Assembly: GCA_963693365.1 (NCBI GenBank) | Contig: CAVNZM010000017.1 | Coordinates: 372,001-436,000, forward strand | Source of the DNA: Amoebidium appalachense | Taxonomy: Eukaryota; Protista; Ichthyosporea | Length of the DNA stretch: 64,000 bases | Reading direction: 5' to 3' | Shown: positions 1 through 42,389 of the stretch, piece by piece | Numbering within the stretch: the first letter of the stretch is position 1 | Layout: the number at the start of each line of letters is the position of its first letter | The notes under the pieces: model-generated | What the model saw: only the letters and a program-made list of their open reading frames with translations | Databases searched by the model: none | Told to the model about the DNA's origin: nothing | Made by a program: the position numbers and the translations under genes

Positions 1-993
1 CAAATATAACGAGTCTCCAAAAGGGACTTGATAATCTGTACTAATGCAAACGGCATGACTCTGCAATTGACCGGAGAAGTTCTGCCAGCGATCTCTGTTT
101 TTCGGTGGGTTGAAAGACGGCTAGAACTTGATGGTAGCTCTTCAAAGTGTATGTGTTTGTTTGCTCGCGCGAGCTTCACTGGCTATTGACAAAACAAAAA
201 CAAGCTAGTGTGTGATGGGCCATGAGCCGCATAAAGTTTCACCACTGACAACATCAGTCAGAAGACAAATTGTCGACATTACATTGAAACGGTGTAATGG
301 CTGCGTAAAATTTCAACATCAAACGTTAGGGTTTACTTAGAAGCTCCGACTAACAACATGGAAACGTACACAGACAGCAACTTTAGTTTTGACTACTCAA
401 AAAAGTACACCAAGCCAAGGAGTAAAGTGGCACACCTTGTGACCGTCATCATCATGAAAAGTCAAAAGCTGGGAGACAACGAATCAGCTGCAGGCACGCT
501 GTTCTTTATTTTTATGGTTCATCTATATGTGTTTTGATTGGTAGACAATCATCTGAAATTCCATTGGCTCTAAGTTAGCGAATCAGAACGGGCTTTTCCT
601 TAACAAATATTTGATGTTCTCCGGGCCAGTGGGCAACGGCTCAACATCAAATGTTAACACACAACTAGCACGCAACAGAACATATTTTAAACCCCAAAAT
701 TTTACATAGGCACGCTTTGTTTCTTATATTACCAGTGATTTTATTTTCTCTCTTCACATATTTTTTTAACATGCACGGAAGCAGTGATCATATGATGATC
801 AAAGAGCAGCGGATGTGATGCGATCTGGGCATTTTTTTATTGTTTGCTAACGATGCGACACTGTGAAATGAATCTTACGACTGTCTATCTCAGACGGTCC
901 CTATCTCGGACTGACCGACACGGCTCCTTTATTAATCGGGATAATCAAGAGTGTCAGGATAACCGCCAATCCGGATATTCGCTCATGGATAGT

Positions 994-1049
<56 letters not shown>

Positions 1050-2002
1050 AGAAAAATTCGTCCCTGAAGCTTACTCGAGAGATGATGTCGTGTTGCCATT
1101 TTTGGCTCGTGTGCTTTTGTGCACTTAGTATTCTTCCTGCTTGCAACTAAACTGTTCAATGCAATAAGAGGGGCGAGTGCGGTTTTTGTACAGGGAGTCG
1201 CACTATTCCCTGGGTTTCGAGGTTAGAAAACTCCTCAGGACCTTTGTTGTGTTACCTTGGCCCCATGTGTGCTATGTTAAGCACGAGACAGCCGTGTGGT
1301 ACTTATGTACCAAAGGGCGAGTGTACGTTTTCACGTCGGTCTCAGTGTGCTAATAATAGTGGTTGTTGCTAAAATCAGCACTGTACATGTGCTCTGTTTG
1401 AGCATGGTCACGTGTAGGTAGTGTGCATGTGTATGTGATGTGTTCGTGCTTACTTGTTATGTACTTCTCTGTGTGTATGTTTGTGTTTGTGTTACACGTT
1501 TGTTTGTTTTTGTGTGCACATGTGTATGTACACGTGCATGTGTGTTTGTGTTACTGTTAAGCTTTGTGTGTTTGTGTGTGCCTGTGTGCGTCTGTGTGTA
1601 CACGTGTTTGTGTTACGTGTGTGTGGTGGCATACGTGTTTGTTTGTGCTTGTGTACTATGTGTGCCTATGTGTGTAAACGTGAGTGTGTACATGTCTGTA
1701 CACCTGACATTATGTGTGTGTCAATGTGCGTGTTTTTTTTTGTGTGTGTGTTTTTGCACGTGTGTGGTGTGTAAATGTGTTGTGTGTACGCCGTATGTAC
1801 TATGTGTACGTGTATACACATCTTTGTTTTGTGTTTATTTGTTTGTGTGTGTGCTTGCGCGCGTGCACGTGGTTGTGTGTGTGTGTGCAGAGTGTGTGTG
1901 TCGCATGTCGCAGTTGTGTGGAATTCGCTGGGCGGTTTAATTGTGTGTGTGGTTGTGTGTTGTTATGTGTGACCCTCTTTTGGGTACTTTGTGTTTAGTG
2001 CA

Positions 2003-2863
2003 CTAAGTGGAACTAGTAGTCGGCATAGTGCTTTGTAAATGTGACTTTTGTGCGCGTACTATTCGCTTTAGCAGAGTTATAATTTGTTTTTTGATCATGC
2101 GCACGCCAGCGGCAGTCCAGTTCTTTTTTTTTTTTTTTGCGACACTTTTTTGAACGTTCACTGCAAATAACACGTTCGTGTCTTTATAAAATGGGTGTCG
2201 ATGACTTCTGGAGGTGTTGTGTTGACTATGAGTACTGTTCTGCGCGCCGTAGTGTAGTTGCGAAGGAGGAACTGAAGAGCTCTCGGGTACGGGAATAGAC
2301 ACATCCAACCTCCTGCACACTGTTTGCACAGGTTACTCGGTACCAATCTGTCTAGCACAAGCAGGGATAGAAGCACTACCTGAAAAAGTGTCTTTCCATG
2401 CCTTGGCGTACAGCGCGTGACCGGCTGAATCCGTGACCCCCTCAAGCTTGACGAGGCGCGGTGTGCTCGTGCGGACATACACTTTGCTCAGGATTCCCTG
2501 GACGTTCTGGGCAACCTCGCGTTCGTCCTCGGGGAGAGAGGAGGTCAAATCTTTGCCCGCAAGCTCTTCCCACCAGGTTTGGGATCGAGGGAGCGGGGGC
2601 GGCGCGGACGAGGCTGGTGCGTACATGGGGTCACGGATGCGGGACTGTAGATTCCGACCGCTGTCCCTGGCCTGTTTGTCCGTGCCGGTGTTGTAGGACG
2701 GGTGCTGCCGATCCTGCACGGACTGTGCGAGGGGGAAGGGGGAGTCGGCTCGGGATTCAAGATGGAAGCGGCCGGGATTCTCGGCACTTGGCCAGGCTTC
2801 GGCCACGACTTTATTGGTCTGGGTGTCCACCACAATATACCCCGGTCTACGGGAACGGTCCAT
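2003..2863 (-). pseudogene. Intronless ORF of unknown function with one in-frame stop (possible decayed gene or mobile-element ORF)
   Basis: ATG at 2863 (MDRSRRPGYIVVDTQTNKVVAEAW...). Non-repetitive, CpG-rich sequence. TAA at 2333-2335, then the same frame stays open to 2003. No domain recognised. Confidence 0.3.
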
Positions 2864-3079
2864 GCACCAGGCACGCCCCCCCCCTCCCCCCCCCCCAACA
2901 AAATTCTCAACCCTCCTCCTCTTCGAACATGGGCGAATGTGCTGTTTATTAACGAACATGGGCAAAAAAAAACTAAAGAGACATGTAAGACTCGCTGCCG
3001 GAATAGTTACCTTAGTCCAGCAGAAAAGAATTCCCGCAAACCACACAAGAGCAACCAAAAAAAAAAAGAAAAAAAAAAG

Positions 3080-3151
3080 GGGGAGTTCCGGGAATTGAAC
3101 CCGGGACCTCTCGTACCCTAAACGAGAATCATACCACTAGACCAAACTCCC
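3080..3151 (-). tRNA. tRNA-Pro (anticodon AGG)
   Basis: Reverse complement is GGGAGTTTGGTCTAGTGGTATGATTCTCGTTTAGGGTACGAGAGGTCCCGGGTTCAATTCCCGGAACTCCCC. Acceptor stem GGGAGTT/AACTCCC, anticodon arm CTCGT-TTAGGGT-ACGAG, T-loop GTTCAAT, then an oligo-T Pol III terminator. Confidence 0.96.
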
Positions 3152-3623
3152 GTTGTTATCTCTGGACCCGTTGGCAGTATCTCAAGTTCTTCCCATCAGT
3201 GTCTCCTTTTCTTATTGCCCAGCATCAAGGCACTGTGGAACAAAGTTGCAGTCAGTCAGCCAATAGAATGAAAATTCTATTGTCTTCACCTTACCTCCGT
3301 CATCTGTTTGTTCTAAAGCAGTAAGAAAGCTGAAAGCTAAAATCTGCAAAGAAGGAGAGAAAAAACATCATTCCCGTGGTCTGTTTTCATAGTGTGTGTG
3401 TGTGTGTGTGTATGTGTGTGTGTGTGTGTTTAAAGGGAGGGGGGGTGGGTGGGTAGGGGGGAGGGGGAGGGGGGAGGGGAGGGCAGGGGTTTCGGCCACG
3501 GAGAGTGAACTGTTTGGTTAACTGCAGCATGCATGAATACTTCCAGATTCAAGCCACTAAAGCGGGATACAGTGCCTGAAATGAATACAATTCCAAGGAA
3601 CTTGCCGCAAAGCAACCACATTT

Positions 3624-26416
<22,793 letters not shown>

Positions 26417-27010
26417 GGTTCGTGCCCTGTGTAGCAACCAAGCACAGCCGCAGGTGTGGATAGTTACAGATAGAAAGTAAAGAGAAGGAGAGTTTTCCTG
26501 GAATCTAACTGTATCTTGAAGGGTGTCGATGAAACACGAACTGGAACTAACTAAACTCTGGCTGGGTTATCGAGCGAGTAACGGTTTCCGCGAAGAAAAA
26601 ACAGAAACGCCGGGTCACGGAGGGACGAGGGTGAGCCCGAGATACGAGAGATATGCTATATATGGTAGTAAGCGGTCTATTTCTATTGGTAAACGAAAGT
26701 CTGTTCTGTTTACCAAGTTGAAAGAATCTGTTTCTGCACACTTAGAAATTTTCTAAGTCCCGAACCTGAACAAGCCTTGGTGTCTTTCGTCTGAAACTAC
26801 ATGTACAGCATCGCCGAACCCAAACTGGTGAGGGAAATTTATGGTTACTGGGTAAATTGGTTGTATTGGCAGAGTGTTAGTCGCATAGGTGTTACGGTTG
26901 GCAACCACTTCGCATATAGAACACAAGCATATATCAGTAACGTACAAATGCAAATCAAGGCACCCTAAGAAGTGATGATTGATTGCAGGGCACAGATTGA
27001 ACTCAGAAAA
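26417..27010. promoter_or_regulatory. Putative bidirectional promoter region between HBS1 and the lipid kinase gene
   Basis: Divergent start codons about 595 bp apart. Microsatellite-free, CpG-retaining, with several ATTGG (reverse CCAAT) boxes. Confidence 0.55.
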
Positions 27011-33330
<6,320 letters not shown>

Positions 33331-33363
33331 GGATGGGGAAGAAGAGGTATGGGTAAGCATGTT

Positions 33364-33428
<65 letters not shown>

Positions 33429-33957
33429 GAAAGGGGGAGGGGGTAAGGGGGGAGGGGGCGGGGGGGGGGGGGGGGGAGTGGTCTGGGTGGTGGTGGTGTT
33501 GGTGGTTGGGATGAGCACCCCCCCCCCCCCCCCCCCAGGGGGGGGGGGGGGGTATTTCGTTCATGTCCAGTGAGGGGGTGGCAAGAATTTGGAAGGTTTG
33601 GTGTTGATTTGCTGCAGCACATAGTTGAACGTCATTTATGTTCCTTGTGACTGATAATGTAGACTTCATGTTGTTACCACCGGTAGTGTGTTCTGTTTGC
33701 TTTGTCTACTACAGTTTTAAAATCTCGTACACTCTCATTCATATTAACCGAGTAAAACACCTGATAACCAAATTGCTGTGATTGGTGTAATTGTATGTAT
33801 GTAAATGTATCGGGTGAAGGAACTTGTATGATAGAATGTGACTGGGTGATGGGTCCTAGGGTGTAGGTACAGATGTAAGAGGGTAACGTGTTGTAATGTT
33901 TTGGTGATAGACTGTAAAGACAACGGTTGTTTCAGCAAGTGCATAGTCAGTTGCAAC

Positions 33958-34120
33958 CTGAATATTAACTGTTATTCAACGAATATTCAATATTGTTCAC
34001 TGAATATTCACTATTACGCAACGAATATGCACTATTGTTCGCCGAATATTCACTGTTATTCAAGGAAGATTCGTTATTGTTCACTGACTACTCACTGTTA
34101 TTCACCAAACATTCACTACC
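33958..34120. repeat. Degenerate tandem repeat of about 21 bp
   Basis: About 7-8 variants of GAATATTCACTGTTATTCACC. Confidence 0.75.
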
Positions 34121-34386
34121 GTGTATACATTCACAGTCTGAAATGTATTCCCTGCAAGCTTATTTATAAGATTGACTGGTTCATGTATGTAGCACCATGG
34201 CGTGCCACACTTATAGTACTGTAGTCACGATTGGCTATTAGTTGCATCGTTAATCAGTGATTTGTGTATGCAGGATGCAGCCTATATTAGTCTGTTTTTT
34301 ATCTGTGTTGCACCCAGGCCCGCTATCGGTTAAGAAAAAAATTCAAATGAACTACCAAGAAATGCAGAAACCTCCTCCCCCCCCCC

Positions 34387-34417
<31 letters not shown>

Positions 34418-34482
34418 ACATTCTCAGATGTATCCGAATTCCTCCCTATAGCACGCGGGCACACGCACACACAAACACACAT

Positions 34483-34568
<86 letters not shown>

Positions 34569-35033
34569 ACACACACACACACCCCGCTATTGAGTTATGA
34601 CCTATCAGATTCGCTGATTAGCCTACGCATTGATCTTCGGATACAATAAGGCTTGTGTGACCATCGAAAACCTCACTTCACCGATTACCGTGTACCATTG
34701 ATCCCAGTGTCCACTATAACATATAGCCATACACCGGCTCGAACCAGTTCGCGTATAGCTACTTGGGACGCCTAAGGCAGGGACTAAGTCCGCTAGTGTG
34801 TATTTTTACATTCTAGACCAACGCTTAGCTAATGAACGTGTGGTGATGCGCTCCTTAGGTCACCGTTCATTTTGGTGTAAATAACGTTGGCAGAGCACCC
34901 TTGTAAGCTCACCGGTTCTATTCACATTGCCTGTACACGGTTTTATACATTTACCTAACTACTAAATACATGGTATACAAGCCCGAGTATTATTATTAAA
35001 CTACCACTCCGCGTCATCTACTTCCCCATCTAC

Positions 35034-35106
<73 letters not shown>

Positions 35107-36079
35107 CCCTAAACCAATTCATCTCAGCCAGACGAAAAACAGAGGAGGTACGTTAATCGGACAAGAGCCCTAGGTAGATCTAGAGGGAGATTGCATCACG
35201 TAAACAGCTGGAAGACAAAACATTTGATATTATTTCACCAAAATAAAAACATGCTAAAAACCCAATAGCCATAGCCCTGGGTGTCAGACTCTGCCAGTGG
35301 GCCTTGATATTAGATGGATGGGTTGCCGCCCCCACCACCCCCCGCCAGAGGGACCATGCAGCCCCTAAATGGCTTCGCTCAGGGATTGAATTGTTCTCAG
35401 TCCCCTAGGCCTGATTGTACGTCATCATATCGTGTTTTGTCCAATTAGAGACAAGGGGACTATCGTCGGGCAAACATTTGTGAATACAGAGCCCATTTCC
35501 CCTGGCTATTTGGCACTGCGTCAACACATTGAACTGGGGCTGACAAGATTGTTAGCATCTTAGGTGGGTGCCTTGGGTGGACTGGTAGGTACGGCCACAC
35601 AGGAGTATTCCCCCGGGAGAGCGCTCCCCACGTCTCACTTTGCCTGGAAGCCCGATGCCCGTTTTCGCGGTCGGCAACCGGTCACATTTGAGCCATTAAC
35701 ATACTGCCTGTTTTCCCACTACGCCCATTTTTCCATAGCACACTGCTGGTTTCGCCCCTTGATGACCGCGCACCCCTCCGCGACCACACACATTTTTACC
35801 CTTACTAAGTCTGCGACCTCAACCTGCATGTTTAGCACTAGCGCACTGGCAGTCTGCCGGTTACCGCGGTCGGGGTCGCGCACATTTTTATGGCCTTGGC
35901 ACACTGCCCATTTTCGCAGTCGGCGACCTCACATATTTTTAGCCTTACCACACCGCTTGTTTTCATCTTGTTTTCACCTTCATGCTCATTCTACCTAAAT
36001 CTAATTACACTGCTCGTTTTCGCTGTCGGCGACCCCGCACATCTTGAGCACCCTCACATGTTTTGTTGTGGGTATTAGG

Positions 36080-39000
36080 ATTTTTTCACTGCCCATTTCA
36101 GGCTGTGCCTGAATGCCGGCGATCGCGTGTGTTTTAGAAAAATTTTTCAACTGCCCGTTTCAGGCTGCGCCGGAATGTCAGCGGCTGTGTGTGTTTTTGG
36201 ATGTTTTTACTGCCCGTTTCACACTGAGCCGGAATGCCTGCGACCGCGTGCGTTTTAGGATTTTTTTCACTGCCCGTTTCACACTGAGACGAAATGTCGG
36301 CAACCACGTGCGTCTTATGTTTTTCTTCACTGCCCGTTTCACATTGAGTCGGAATTTAAGCGACCACGTGCGTTTTGAATTTTTTTTCACCGCCCGTTTC
36401 AGGCTAAGTCAGAAAGTCGGTGACTGCGTGCGATTGAGGAATTATTTCACTGCCCGTGTCAGGCTGTGCCGGAATGCGAGCTACCGCGGGCTTTGTAGAA
36501 GTTTCTTTCACTGCCCCAGGCCGTTTCAGGCCCAGCTTTCACTGCCTGGTTAAGGCTGACCCGGAATGTCAGCAGCTGCGTGCGATTTAGGATTTTTCAC
36601 TGCCCGCTTCACACTGAGCCTGAATGTCAGCGACCACGTGCATTTAGGGATTTTTTTCACCGCCTGTTGCACACTGAGCCGGAATGTCGGCGACCGCGTG
36701 GGTTTTTTTCAATGTCCGTTTTTTTAAGGATATTTTTCACTGCCAGTTTCAGGCTGAGCCGGAATGTGGGTGGCCGCGCGCGCGTTTCAGGATATTTTTC
36801 ACTGCCCGTTTCGTGTTTCACTGCCCGTTTCACACCGAGCCGGAATGTCCGCGACCGCGTGCGTTTTAAGATTTTTTTCACTTCCCATTTAGGCTGAGCC
36901 GGAATGTCGGCAACCACGTGCGTTTTAGGATTTTTTTCACTGAACGTTTCCCACTGAGTCGGAATGTCAGCGACCGCGTGCGTTTTAGTATTTTTTCACT
37001 GCCCGTTTCAGGCTGAGTCAGAAAGTCGGTGACTGCGTGCGATTTAGAAATTATTTCACTGCCCGTGTCAGGCTGTGCCGGAATGCGGGCTACCGCGGGC
37101 CTTTTAGAAGTTTTTTTCACTGCCCGTTTCGGGCTGCGCCACACGTTTCACATTGAGCCGGAGTTTCGGTGACCGTGTGCGTTTTAGGATTTTTTTTCAC
37201 TGCCCATTTCAGGCTGAGCCGGAATGTGGGCGGCCGCGTGCCTTACAGGATATTTTTCACTGCCCGTTTCTTGCGATTTTTTTCACTGCCCGTTTCACAC
37301 TGAGCCGGAATGTCTGCGACCGCGTGTGTTTTAGGATTTTTTTCACTACCCTTTTCAGGCTGAGCCAGAATGTCAGCGACCGCGTGCGCTTTTGGGTTTT
37401 TTCACTGCCCGTTTCAGACTGGGCCGGAATGTCCGCGACCTTGGCGTTTTAGGATTTTTTTCACTGCCCATTTCAGGCTGAGCGGGAATGTGGGCGGCCA
37501 CGTACGTTACATGATATTTTTCACTGCCTGTTTCTTGCGATTTTTTTCACTGCCCGTTTCACACTGAGCCGGAATGTCCGCGACCGCGTGTTTTCTGCGA
37601 TTTTTTTCACTACCCGTTTAAGGCCGAGCCGGAATGTCGGCGGCCATGTGCGCTTTAGGGTTTTTTTCGCTGCCCGTTTCAGGCTCGGCCGGAATGTCGG
37701 CGACCTTGACGTTTTAGGATTTTTTTCACGGCCTGGAAGTTCAACCTGCTGGGCCGGAATGTCGGCGGCTGCGTGCGTTTTAGGAATTTTTGCACAGCAC
37801 GTTTCACATTGAGCCGGATTGTTGGCGACCGCTTGCGTTTTAAAGAAAATTTCACTGCACGTTTCACATGGCGACCGCGTGCGTGTCAGGACACTCTTCA
37901 CTCCCCGTTTCACACTGAGCCGGAATGTCGGCGACCGCGTTCGTATTAGGCTTTTTTTTTTCACTGCCCGTTTCAGGCTGGGCTGGAATGTCGGCGACCG
38001 CGTGTGTTTTAGGATTTTTTTCACTGCCCGTTTCAGGTTGAGTCCTAATGTCCGCAACCGCGTGCGTTTTATGATTTGTTTTCGCTCCCCGTTTCAGGCT
38101 GAGCCGGAATGTCGGCGACCGCGTGCGTTTTAGGGTTGTTTTCACTGCCCGTCTCAGGCTGGGCCGGAATGTCGGCGACCGCCGCGTGTGCTTTAGGATT
38201 TTTCTCACTGTCCGGAAGTTCAAGCTGCTGGGCCGGAATGTCGGCGGCCGCGTTCGTTTCAGGAATTTTGTCACTACCCGTTTTAGGCTGAGCCGGAATG
38301 TGGGCGACCACGTGCGCTTTAGGGGTTTTTTTCACTGCCCGTTTCAGACTGGGCCGGAATGTCAGCGACCTTGGCGTTTAAGGATTTTTTTCACTGCCTG
38401 GAAGTTCAAGCTGCTGGGCCGGAATGTTGACGGCTGCGTGCGTTTTAGGAATTTTTGCATTGCACGTTTGTCATGTGCTGAGCTGATTCGTATTAGTCTG
38501 CTTCTATATTTTGTGTTTTGGTGAGTGAATTTTGGGGGTTTTCTTGCATAGTGATTCCGGGGTCTATGAGGGGTATGGGGAGATTGTTCAGAGGTATGGG
38601 GAGAATATGATGCAGCGATGGCTGATAGTTTGGTGCGCGCGTGTATACTCCATGCCTCTGCGTACTCTTCATGTTATATGTTGTATTCCTTCTTGCTGTG
38701 TGCTTGGCGAGACCCATGTTGCCTGCTCGCGTGTGTGTATGCTTATACGTATTGTGAGTACAGGTATGTACGTATTGTAGTGCTGCTGTAGGGGTGTCTG
38801 AGGTGGCGGTAGCCAATGGTGTGGAGTGTGTGTGGCCCGTGGGGTGGGGAGTGTTGTGATTGGCTGAATGTCACTGTGGTATTTGTCTGGCCAGTGGGCC
38901 GCGTGTCTACGTCTGTGAAGTGTCTCGCGGGGTCGCGGGCATTCGAAGTTCTTCTGAGAACACGTTTGTTCGTCTCCCACCCAACTCAAAGAAAAGTTCA

Positions 39001-40270
39001 TACGTTTACACAGTTTCAAGCCCCTTTTAAGCGTGCAGTTAGTTAGAGTCGTTCGTATACACGATGCTAGGTCGTGATACGACACTACCCGTTTCACACT
39101 GAGCCGGAATGTCCACGACCACATGCTTTTAGGTTTTTTTTTGACTGACCGTTACATGGTTGGCCAGAATGTCGGCGGCCCCGTGCATTTTAGGATATTT
39201 TTCACTCTCCGTTTTAGGCTGGGCAGGAATGTTGGCGGCTGCATGCGTTTAAGAATGTTTTTCACTGCCCGTTTCACACTGAGCCGTAATGTCGGCGACC
39301 GCGTGTGTTTTAGGCTACTTTATAATTGCCCGCTGCACACTGAGCCGGAATGTCAGCGACTGGGTGCGTTTTTGGATTTTTTCACTTCCTGTTTTGCACC
39401 GAACCGAATTGTTGGCGATCGGGTGTGTTTTAGGATTTTTTTCACCGCGTTTCACATCTGCACTGAGCCAGAATGTCGGCGACTGCGTGCGATTTAGGGT
39501 TCTTTTCAGTGCCCGTTTCAGACTGGGCTGGAATGTCGGCAGTCACTGCGTTTTAGGATTTTTTTCACTGCCCGGAAGTTCAGGCTGCTGGGCCGGAACG
39601 TCGGCGACCCCGTGCGTTTTAGGATTAAATTTTTTTTTCACCGCCCGTTTCACACTGAGCGAATGTTGGCGACCGCGTGCGTTTTAGGGTTTTTTCGCTG
39701 CCCGTTTCACCCAGATCCGAAATGTCGGCGACCACATGCATTTTAGGATTCTCTTCACTGCCATGGCATTTCAGGCTGAGCCGGAATGTGGGCGGACGAG
39801 TGCGTTTCACGATATTTTTCATTGCCCATTTCTTTCAATTTTTTCGCTGCCCGTTTCACACTTAGCCGGAAATTCCGCGACAGCGTGTGTTTTAGAATTT
39901 TTTTTCACTACCCGGTTTAGGCTGAGCCGGAATGTCGGCGACCGCGTGCGCTTTAGCGTTTTTTTCACTGCCCGTTTCAGACTGGGCCGGAATGTCGGCG
40001 ACCTTGGCATTTTAGGATTTTTTCACTGCCCGGAAGTTCAAGCTGCTGGGTCGGAATGTCGGCGGCTGCGTGCGTTTTATGAAATTTTTCACTGCACGTT
40101 TCACCAAGTTGAGCCGGAGTGACGGCGACCGCATGCGTTTTAGGATTTTTTTCACTGCCTGTTTCACACTGAGCCGGTGTGTCGGCGACCGCGTGCGTTT
40201 TAGGGTTTTTTTCACTGCCCGTTTCAGGCTGGGCCGAAATGTTGGCGGCCGCGTGTGTTTTAGATTTTTC
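36080..40270. repeat. Diverged tandem array of about 60 bp, interrupted at 38469-39084
   Basis: Consensus TTTTTTCACTGCCCGTTTCA(CA/GG)CTGAGCCGGAATGTCGGCGACCGCGTGCGTTTTAGGAT. More than 50 copies, with subtypes and a higher-order duplication (about 36400-36510 vs 37010-37120). Confidence 0.92.
38469..39084. mobile_element. Possible solo LTR inserted in the 60-bp array
   Basis: Unique block of about 616 bp bounded by TGTCATG...TACGACA (TG..CA ends), with internal CCAAT/ATTGG boxes. No target-site duplication seen. Confidence 0.45.
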
Positions 40271-41139
40271 GGGCCCTGCCCGGAAAAAAAACACAACCAA
40301 CACAATAAAGAGAGGGCAATCGGAGTTGTTCACGACATGAAAGATTTCAAACAACAACTGATCTTTTATTGTGCTCTCGGTTCTTTTTGTACTTGCAACT
40401 TATCATCTTATCTCAACTAAAGGGGGAGAACCAATCGGTTCTATCAGATGATAGAAAAACACATTCCGACAGAGCATACGCATTCCAACTTCCGACCTAA
40501 CTAAAGCTTAGGAGCTCTTACTTAAATAACTTAAGTAATTATCCATCTTGTTACTATTAATACACATATATATTTAATATACTCGTCTCTAAAGAAACTC
40601 ATTTAACTACATATATTTCCTAATAGTCGACACTCTCAAAGTGAAGACACATTACGATAAACCGAATTCCATACATCTCTATTGTGTCCAATCATAACAC
40701 GTATATTAATAGACAGGAATGCACAACTCGGATCTATAGATGTACTCACTCGCGACTATTGGTGAGCCTCAGCTTATTGTGAACTAAAACTAAGCCACTT
40801 TGAACTAAACAAAGACAACAAATGTAGCTAGCCAATCACGCTACCTCTTAGATAAACAGAGGAGAGCAAACGCAAATAAAATACAATAAGTTCTATCAGG
40901 CAAGAGAGCCAGCTGTGCACAGATCTACAGATATCTGTGCACACAGAAACAAGGGAGAGAGAGAGATACCGGGGGGGGGGGGGGGGGGGGGGAGAGAGAG
41001 AGAGAGAGAGAGAAAGAAAAGAGAAAAGGGAGAGAGGGGGGAAAGCACAAAGAAGGAAAGCAGACACGAATACAAACAAAGCTAAGACACATACATACTT
41101 CAAGACTCTTGCTGTCCTACGTAGTGACGTATTCCAACA

Positions 41140-41835
41140 TTCTTATCCTTGAATAAAACGGCAGTAGCTTATTTAAAACGGAAAGTAAAATAGTGCAAAA
41201 ATTGGAGGCACATTCCTATCCTTAAAAACACGGGCAGTAGCTTATCAAAAATGGGCAGTAGAAAAAGTGTAAAAATTGGGGCGCATTCTTATCCTAAAAA
41301 AAAAAAAACAGGCAGTAGCAACACTAGCTTATCAGAAACGAGCGGTAGAAAAAGTGCAAAAAATGGGGCGCATTCCTATCCTTGAATAAAGCAGGCAGTA
41401 GCAATACTAGGTTTTCAGAAACGTGCAGTAGAAAACGTGCAAAAATGGGGGCGCATTTCTATCCAGTAAAAAAGCGGGCAGTAGCAATACCAGCTTATCA
41501 CAAACGGGCATTAGAAAAAGTGCAAAAATGGTGGCGCATTCCTATCCTTAAAAACAACTGCAGAAACTAATCAAACACGGGAAGTAAAAAAAGTGCCAAA
41601 ATGGGGGCACATTCCTTTCTTTAAAAAAAATGGACATTAGCTTATGAAAAATGGGCAGTAAAAAAAGTGCAAAAATGTGGGAGCACTTCTATCCTTTAAA
41701 GAAACGGGCAGTAGCAATATTAGTTTTGGATAAGCTACTGCCTTTTTTTTTTTAAGGACAGGAATGCACCCCCATTTTTGCATTTTTTTCTTCTGCCCGT
41801 TTCTGATAAGCTAGTACTGCTACTGCCCGTTTTTT
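41140..41835. repeat. Second degenerate array with the inverted core motif and a terminal fold-back
   Basis: Repeated AAACGGGCAGTAG(C/A)...AAAAGTGCAAAAATGGGGCGCATTCCTATCCTT. Orientation flips at about 41725. Confidence 0.85.
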
Positions 41836-41958
41836 CCATGAAAGGTGCCTCCTAAATATGAAAGGTCCGAGTCTTCTATATAAACAGCGAAAATGGGCAG
41901 TGAACATTTGCAACATTTGCAATTTTTTCCATGTATGGAAGGTGCCTCCTCCTATATA

Positions 41959-42321
41959 CGGTGTCGGACATCGTAGATTGACCCATCCGGAAAAATAGAT
42001 CCTATAAATTTCGCGATCAAATAACTTACCCGTAGTCTATCCCAATCGGGTAAAAGACACATGTTTCGATATGTCTCATCAAGGGCTACAAACTGACGTC
42101 TCAAAACGTAAAAAATAAAAATAAAATGAAAACCGCAGATTTTTTTTCTCATCGAGAAATTTTCGGGCCAATTAGGGGGCTTGTGACGTCATCGATTGTT
42201 GCAAGCATGTTCTCGAATATCCACATATAAACTTTAGACCTTTCTTAGTGCAATCGACATATACGACGAGACCTGTCGTGTGATATTTTTGGAGTTGGAA
42301 AATTTTGATTTTTTTTTTTTT

Positions 42322-42389
<68 letters not shown>

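Noticed and set aside
785-840. Possible C/D-box snoRNA (ATGATGA followed by oligo-T)
   Set aside because: No CTGA D box or convincing terminal stem, and too short.
1-840. Possible gene start at the window edge
   Set aside because: Only short open frames with no recognisable motif, so a call cannot be supported.
1400-2000. Val/Cys-rich ORFs
   Set aside because: Degenerate (GT)n low-complexity sequence. The same applies to the many poly-P, poly-G, HT and VC ORFs across the window.
36080-40270. CRISPR-like regular array
   Set aside because: Whole units are homologous with no unique spacers, no cas genes, and the context is eukaryotic.
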